Assembly (NCBI GenBank): GCA_950097015.1
Contig: CATNEN010000007.1
Span: 2,976,001-3,040,000, forward strand
Origin: Macrostomum hystrix
Taxonomy: Eukaryota > Animalia > Platyhelminthes
DNA: 64,000 nt
Direction: 5' to 3'
Part shown: one piece after another, positions 59,956-64,000 of the stretch
Numbering within the stretch: position 1 is the stretch's first letter
Layout: every line of letters begins with the position of its first letter
Notes under the pieces: generated by a model
Told to the model about the DNA's origin: nothing
Database searches by the model: none
What the model saw: only the letters and a program-made list of their open reading frames with translations
Position numbers and translations under genes: made by a program

Positions 59956-62900
59956 CTGAAGTGACAAATGGAAGGAATTGGAACATCTTCAGGTTTTTAG
60001 AAAAGTATAGTCTGTTTTGCCAACTAATAACGTGATCCTATTCACCTATTCACCTATCCTATTCACCCCAAAGTTCGTTATGCAATCAGAGTCAGAGTCA
60101 AATTAATCATCAAAGCTGCAGACGTTCAGGCGGCTGCCTCCGACGCTGAGGGTAGCGCCTGGTCGGGCTGGCCGACATGTCAGCGGCTTCGGCGACCGAG
60201 GCATCCGGCGGCGCGTCGTTGCTGCCGTTGCCTACGCTTGGCTCGGTGGGCGGCAGCGGCGGCTTATCAGCGATTCTGGCCGGTGGCTCCAGGGTAGCAT
60301 CCGGCAGCGAGCTCGTCAGCAGCTGGTCAGTGTGCCGCCGATAGAGAGCGCCGCCGACCTCGACGTCGCAGTTGCGGGACCCGGGAGTCGCGCAGTAGAA
60401 TTCGGTCGCCGGCTTGGAACTCGCGCGCCTGCGGCTGTTGCTCCACCTGGTGTTCGTGGCGCTGCTGCATGTTGCTCACCAGCGATGGCATCAGCAGGTC
60501 GAGCCGACTGCGCAGTTTGCGGCCGATGAGCAGCTGGCTGGGAGCGTCGCCGGTGATTGAGTGCGGCGTGTTGCGGTAGGACATCAGCATCTGCTGCAGT
60601 GCTGCCGTCGAGTGCCCGCTCTTGAGGAGGTGTCGCTTGAGCACCTGCACGAATCTCTCCGCCTGGCCGTTCGTAGCAGGGTGGAACGGCGCGGAGAAGA
60701 TATGGCGGATTACGTTGCGCCTGGTGAACTCCGTGAACTCCGCGGAGGCGAACTGCGCACCGTTGTCAGAGACCAGCACTCGGGGGATGCCCAGTCTGGC
60801 GAAGACCTCGCGGAGACGGTCGATCCTGGCCGCAGACATCGTGCTGTGCACTTGGAAAACTTCCGGCCACTTGCTGAAGGCGTCTACGATCACCAGGTAG
60901 GTGCGGCCGTTAACCGGACCGGCGAAGTCCAGATGTAGCCGCGCCCACGGCTCTGACGGAAACGGCCACGGTTGCACCGGCGCCTTGGGTGGGTCAGCCT
61001 GGTTGAGGGCGCAGATCCGGCAGGACTTGACGGCCGCCTCCAGCTGCTTGTCCAATCCTGGCCACCAGACATAGCTGCGGGCCAGAGCTCGCATCCGGTT
61101 GATGCCTGGGTGCGCCTGGTGCAGCTCATCCACCACGCCTTGTCGCAGGGCCGTCGGCACGACGACGCGGGATCCCCACAGCACGCAGCCTTGCTCCACA
61201 CTCAGCTCGTCTGCCTCTCCAGCCACCGCGTTGACCTGCCCGAAGATCTTCGGCCATTCGAGTCTCAGCTGCGTCAGCCATTCCCGGCCCAGCAGCGCGA
61301 CGTCACTTTGATCGACCACCAGCAGCGTTAGCCACCGATCCTGGCCATTGTACTGAACGGCGACATCCGCCTGTCCGACGGGCCTGAAGCTCTCGCCGGT
61401 GTAGGTCCGTAGCACTGTAGAAGTCGGCGATAGTCTTAAACCTGGCAGGACCTCTCGCTGAATGCCCTTCGGGATGACGGTCAGGGCGGACCCAGTGTCC
61501 ACTTCGAAGCGACATGGCTTACCCTGCACCAGCAGCTCGACGACTAATCCCTTGCTAGATCCGCACTGCCGAACGCTGAAGAGGGGCTCCTGCAGCTCGG
61601 CCGGTTCCGGATCCACCTTGTGCAGCTTGGATGATTTGCACACCTTCCGAATGTGGCCAATTTTGCCGCAGTTGTGGCACCTTGCCTCGCGCAGCTTGCA
61701 CTGCTGTCGACTGTGAGCACCGCCGCAGCTCGCGCACGCGCCCGTGGCCGCAGCAGGCCGCGTTGCGCCGGCTGGAGCTCCAGCTGACTGGCAGGGGGCC
61801 TGCTTGTTGGTCTCCTTGAATGCTGGAGGTTTCTTGTGGAAACGCAGGTGGGCCACCGCTTCCGCTCGGTGCGCCATCTCCGATGAGGATCTCTCCGCCG
61901 CCTCTAGTGCGTCGAGTCTGGCGAGCAGCGTCTTGAAGTCTGGCTTTTCAATCTGCAGCAGCTTAGCGCGGTGCGTATCGCTGCGGAGACCGAATACCAA
62001 CTGGTCGCGCAGTCTTTCGTCCAGAGTGGTCCCGAATTCGCAGCGCTCTGATGCCGCTTTCAGGCCAGCGATGAAGTCAGCGAGGCTCTCACCGGGCTTC
62101 TGCACGCGCTGTTGAAATCGAAATCTGGCGGAGAGCATTGACGTCTTGGGCGCATAATACGCCTTTAGGGTATCAGCTAGCTCAGTGTAGGACTTGGAGA
62201 TCGCTGGTTTCGGCAGGCATAGATTCCGTAGAACCTTGTAGGCATCCTCTCCGATAGCGGTTACCAGCGTGGCGACCTTTGCCTCGTCTTGGACTTCTTT
62301 GCAGATGAAATACTGTTCGAGCCTCTCTAAGTAGATATCAATGTCAGAGTTAGCAGAGAGTTCTGGAATTCTTCCAGTTGTATCCCATCCTCGTCGCCAA
62401 TGTGAAATTATGAGTTCTGAGACGAGTAAGTTAGGAGTAGAAAACAAGCACGCGTTCATTAGCGTCCGCGCAGTCATGTTTATTGTACTCGTACGACTCA
62501 ATGGCTGACTCAGCATTGTTAGGAGATTAGGGGTGGGTGCTACAGCGCCTTGCATCAGTGAGAGAAAGTAAGCATTGGAAATCTAAAGACAGCACAGTGG
62601 GGTGACATGGGTGCACGTGAACTATAGCCATGCAGATAGTTAATAGCGAGTATTGAAATGACAATAAACTAGCTGTTATAGAGTGGCGCGCAAATAGTAC
62701 TTTTGCTAAGCTATCCGACAGTATTAAAATACAATGAAACGTTTAATCTCTTTCTATTTCGATCGGCCAAAATTATTTTCAACTTCGTCGACGCTTTCGC
62801 GGATAAAATTAGATACCGAATAAAGACTTACCCGAGCAGTCCATCAAGGGAGAGGGCTCTCCCCTTCGAAGCGGGAGAAATTTCTGGATCAAGCTCCTGA

Positions 62901-63778
62901 GCTAGCTCAGTGTAGCCAAGTTGCCGACAAATATCAGCAGCTTTAAGCCTCTGAATGTCGGTCACTTTATTTCGAAGGAGGAGAGCCGTTGAGCGGCGAT
63001 CATAGGCGCAGCATTGAGCCAGTGGGCAGACCGCCTGAGCGTCGAACTGGGCGTCAATCTCAAGGTCCACAACCGCAACCGCGCCCGCTTTTAGCAGCAA
63101 TGAAACCACCTGATCGTGGCCATTGGCAGCTGTGAGAGATAGAGCCGTCTGGCCATCCCTGCAGCGCGTGTTGATTTTCGCATCGCGCTGGATCAGCCTT
63201 TCAACGATTTTAAAAAATCCACCTTCGGAAGCCGCCATAAGAGGAGTGTGTCCATCCTCGCGAGCCAGCTCTAGGTCAGCGTTGCTCTCCGGTAAGAGAA
63301 GAATGTCCACAACTTCTAGAAAGTTCAACTTACACGCCACCCAGAGGCAGGATTCACCATTGTTCCTGGTCTTTTTGCAATCGCAATTCACGCCGTCACT
63401 GAGCAACAGTTTCACAATCTGATGAAATCCGTAGGAAGCTGCGGTCCACAATGGCGTCACGCCTCGCGAGTCGGCGATGTTCGGATCAGCACCGCCCTTT
63501 AGAAGTGTCTGAATCACCTCAATGTGGCCGTTAGCTGCCGCGATCCAGAGCCCAGTAACTCCGCCGTTATTCAGTCGAGCGTCAAGATTAGCCTTGAATT
63601 CAATCAGAACAAGTAGACTATCCAGGCTAACGTTTCTAGAGGCGAACCAAACTGCCGTTTCACCGTTCTTGTTTGAATAGTTTTTGTCTGCACCATTCTT
63701 CAGCAGTTTTCGTAGCTCCGTGGCGTCGTTATTCAAAGCGCATTTTAGCAGCCTCTCGCCTTCGTCTGATGATGCCAT
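57964..63778 (-). CDS. Predicted spliced ankyrin-repeat + cGAS-like NTase fusion, ~956 aa (exons 63778-62832, 59955-59609, 59540-57964)
   Basis: The ankyrin ORF ends at GG|GTAAGT (its stop lies inside the donor consensus). Acceptor TTCCAATTCCTTCCATTTGTCACTTCAG|C at 59956 is phase 2, giving LLG-STKPD-MKEIC in frame; total 2871 nt. Confidence 0.7.
57995..59992. repeat. Perfect 26-bp direct repeat AATGGAAGGAATTGGAACATCTTCAG at 57995-58020 and 59967-59992
   Basis: Both copies read directly, 1972 bp apart, flanking the NTase module. Confidence 0.95.
60327..62555 (-). CDS. Gag-protease-integrase ORF with in-frame RT/RNase H deletion (742 aa as called)
   Basis: Protease end LEWPKIFGQVNAVAGEA is joined directly to DELSVEQGCVLWGSRVVVP (pre-integrase region). 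Confidence 0.8.
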   Translation of the reverse strand: MQGAVAPTPNLLTMLSQPLSRTSTINMTARTLMNACLFSTPNLLVSELIISHWRRGWDTTGRIPELSANSDIDIYLERLEQYFICKEVQDEAKVATLVTAIGEDAYKVLRNLCLPKPAISKSYTELADTLKAYYAPKTSMLSARFRFQQRVQKPGESLADFIAGLKAASERCEFGTTLDERLRDQLVFGLRSDTHRAKLLQIEKPDFKTLLARLDALEAAERSSSEMAHRAEAVAHLRFHKKPPAFKETNKQAPCQSAGAPAGATRPAAATGACASCGGAHSRQQCKLREARCHNCGKIGHIRKVCKSSKLHKVDPEPAELQEPLFSVRQCGSSKGLVVELLVQGKPCRFEVDTGSALTVIPKGIQREVLPGLRLSPTSTVLRTYTGESFRPVGQADVAVQYNGQDRWLTLLVVDQSDVALLGREWLTQLRLEWPKIFGQVNAVAGEADELSVEQGCVLWGSRVVVPTALRQGVVDELHQAHPGINRMRALARSYVWWPGLDKQLEAAVKSCRICALNQADPPKAPVQPWPFPSEPWARLHLDFAGPVNGRTYLVIVDAFSKWPEVFQVHSTMSAARIDRLREVFARLGIPRVLVSDNGAQFASAEFTEFTRRNVIRHIFSAPFHPATNGQAERFVQVLKRHLLKSGHSTAALQQMLMSYRNTPHSITGDAPSQLLIGRKLRSRLDLLMPSLVSNMQQRHEHQVEQQPQAREFQAGDRILLRDSRVPQLRRRGRRRSLSAAH
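62382..62399 (-). other. 18-nt primer binding site TGGCGACGAGGATGGGAT, likely tRNA-Ser(GCT)
   Basis: Starts 1 nt after the LTR-terminal CA; its reverse complement ATCCCATCCTCGTCGCCA matches my recollection of the eukaryotic tRNA-Ser(GCT) 3' end. Confidence 0.8.
62828..63778 (-). CDS. Ankyrin-repeat ORF (7-8 repeats, 316 aa unspliced); probably exon 1 of the ANK-cGLR gene
   Basis: GETAVWFAS, GVTGLWIAAANGH, GVTPLWTAASYG, GHTPLMAASEGG, GQTALSLTAANGH; Kozak GACATGG at 63778. Confidence 0.9.
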   Translation of the reverse strand: MASSDEGERLLKCALNNDATELRKLLKNGADKNYSNKNGETAVWFASRNVSLDSLLVLIEFKANLDARLNNGGVTGLWIAAANGHIEVIQTLLKGGADPNIADSRGVTPLWTAASYGFHQIVKLLLSDGVNCDCKKTRNNGESCLWVACKLNFLEVVDILLLPESNADLELAREDGHTPLMAASEGGFFKIVERLIQRDAKINTRCRDGQTALSLTAANGHDQVVSLLLKAGAVAVVDLEIDAQFDAQAVCPLAQCCAYDRRSTALLLRNKVTDIQRLKAADICRQLGYTELAQELDPEISPASKGRALSLDGLLG

Positions 63779-64000
63779 GTCAGGCAGACATGTTGAACTT
63801 AAACTGGACAGCTTATTCGTCACTACCTATGTAGTGCGGCTTGATAAAGCAATACTGGCTTAAACTGGGCTTAATAGACACTTATCATGATATCAGCACT
63901 ACTTTTAGTGTGTCTTAAAATTATTAGAAAATGGAATTATGTATACAGCTGGCTTGTACATTCAGGAACAATAGAGAATGGAGAGTGTACAGACAGCTCC

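Larger units (their letters stand above)
60110..62660 (-). mobile_element. Ty3/Gypsy (K02A2.6-like) LTR retroelement lacking RT/RNase H and 3' LTR
   Basis: Gag (IDIYLERLEQYF), two Zn knuckles, protease VDTGS, integrase HHCC and D-D-E (LHLDFAGP, SDNGAQF, NGQAERF); C-terminus RRYPQRRRQPPERL* at 60110 reached via a frameshift near 60375; PBS at 62382-62399; LTR end CA at 62401 with AATAAA; LTR 5' edge uncertain (62607 or 62663). Confidence 0.9.

Noticed and set aside
60000-60110. 3' LTR of the Gypsy element
   Set aside because: No match to 62401-62660; only a weak G-rich tract and short TATTCACC repeats

Overview
Eukaryotic (animal) genomic DNA with GT-AG introns and no prokaryotic or CRISPR features. 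Short GC-rich exons, CAG/GCC-rich low-complexity coding and minisatellite-filled introns resemble the flatworm Macrostomum; this is inference and unverified. Gene models were assembled by hand from splice sites and phase checks. They are: spalt/SALL-like zinc-finger gene (+, 4553-15696, 4 exons); polybromo-1 (-, 41396-21699, 15 exons, 6 bromodomains, 2 BAH, HMG); ZCCHC8-like (-, 2 exons, no zinc knuckle); peroxisomal trans-2-enoyl-CoA reductase (-, 2 exons, PTS1 AKL); the first exon of an alpha-arrestin (+); a cGAS-like/Mab-21 nucleotidyltransferase (-); and an ankyrin-repeat ORF (-). Mobile DNA includes a tRNA-derived SINE family, an internally deleted Helitron, hAT-type and Mutator-type MITEs, and an RT-less Gypsy element. 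There are about 25 distinct tandem arrays. Top finding: the ankyrin ORF and the cGAS-like ORFs have phase-matched splice sites that join them across the Gypsy insertion into one ~956-aa ANK-cGLR receptor. The NTase module is bracketed by a perfect 26-bp direct repeat.
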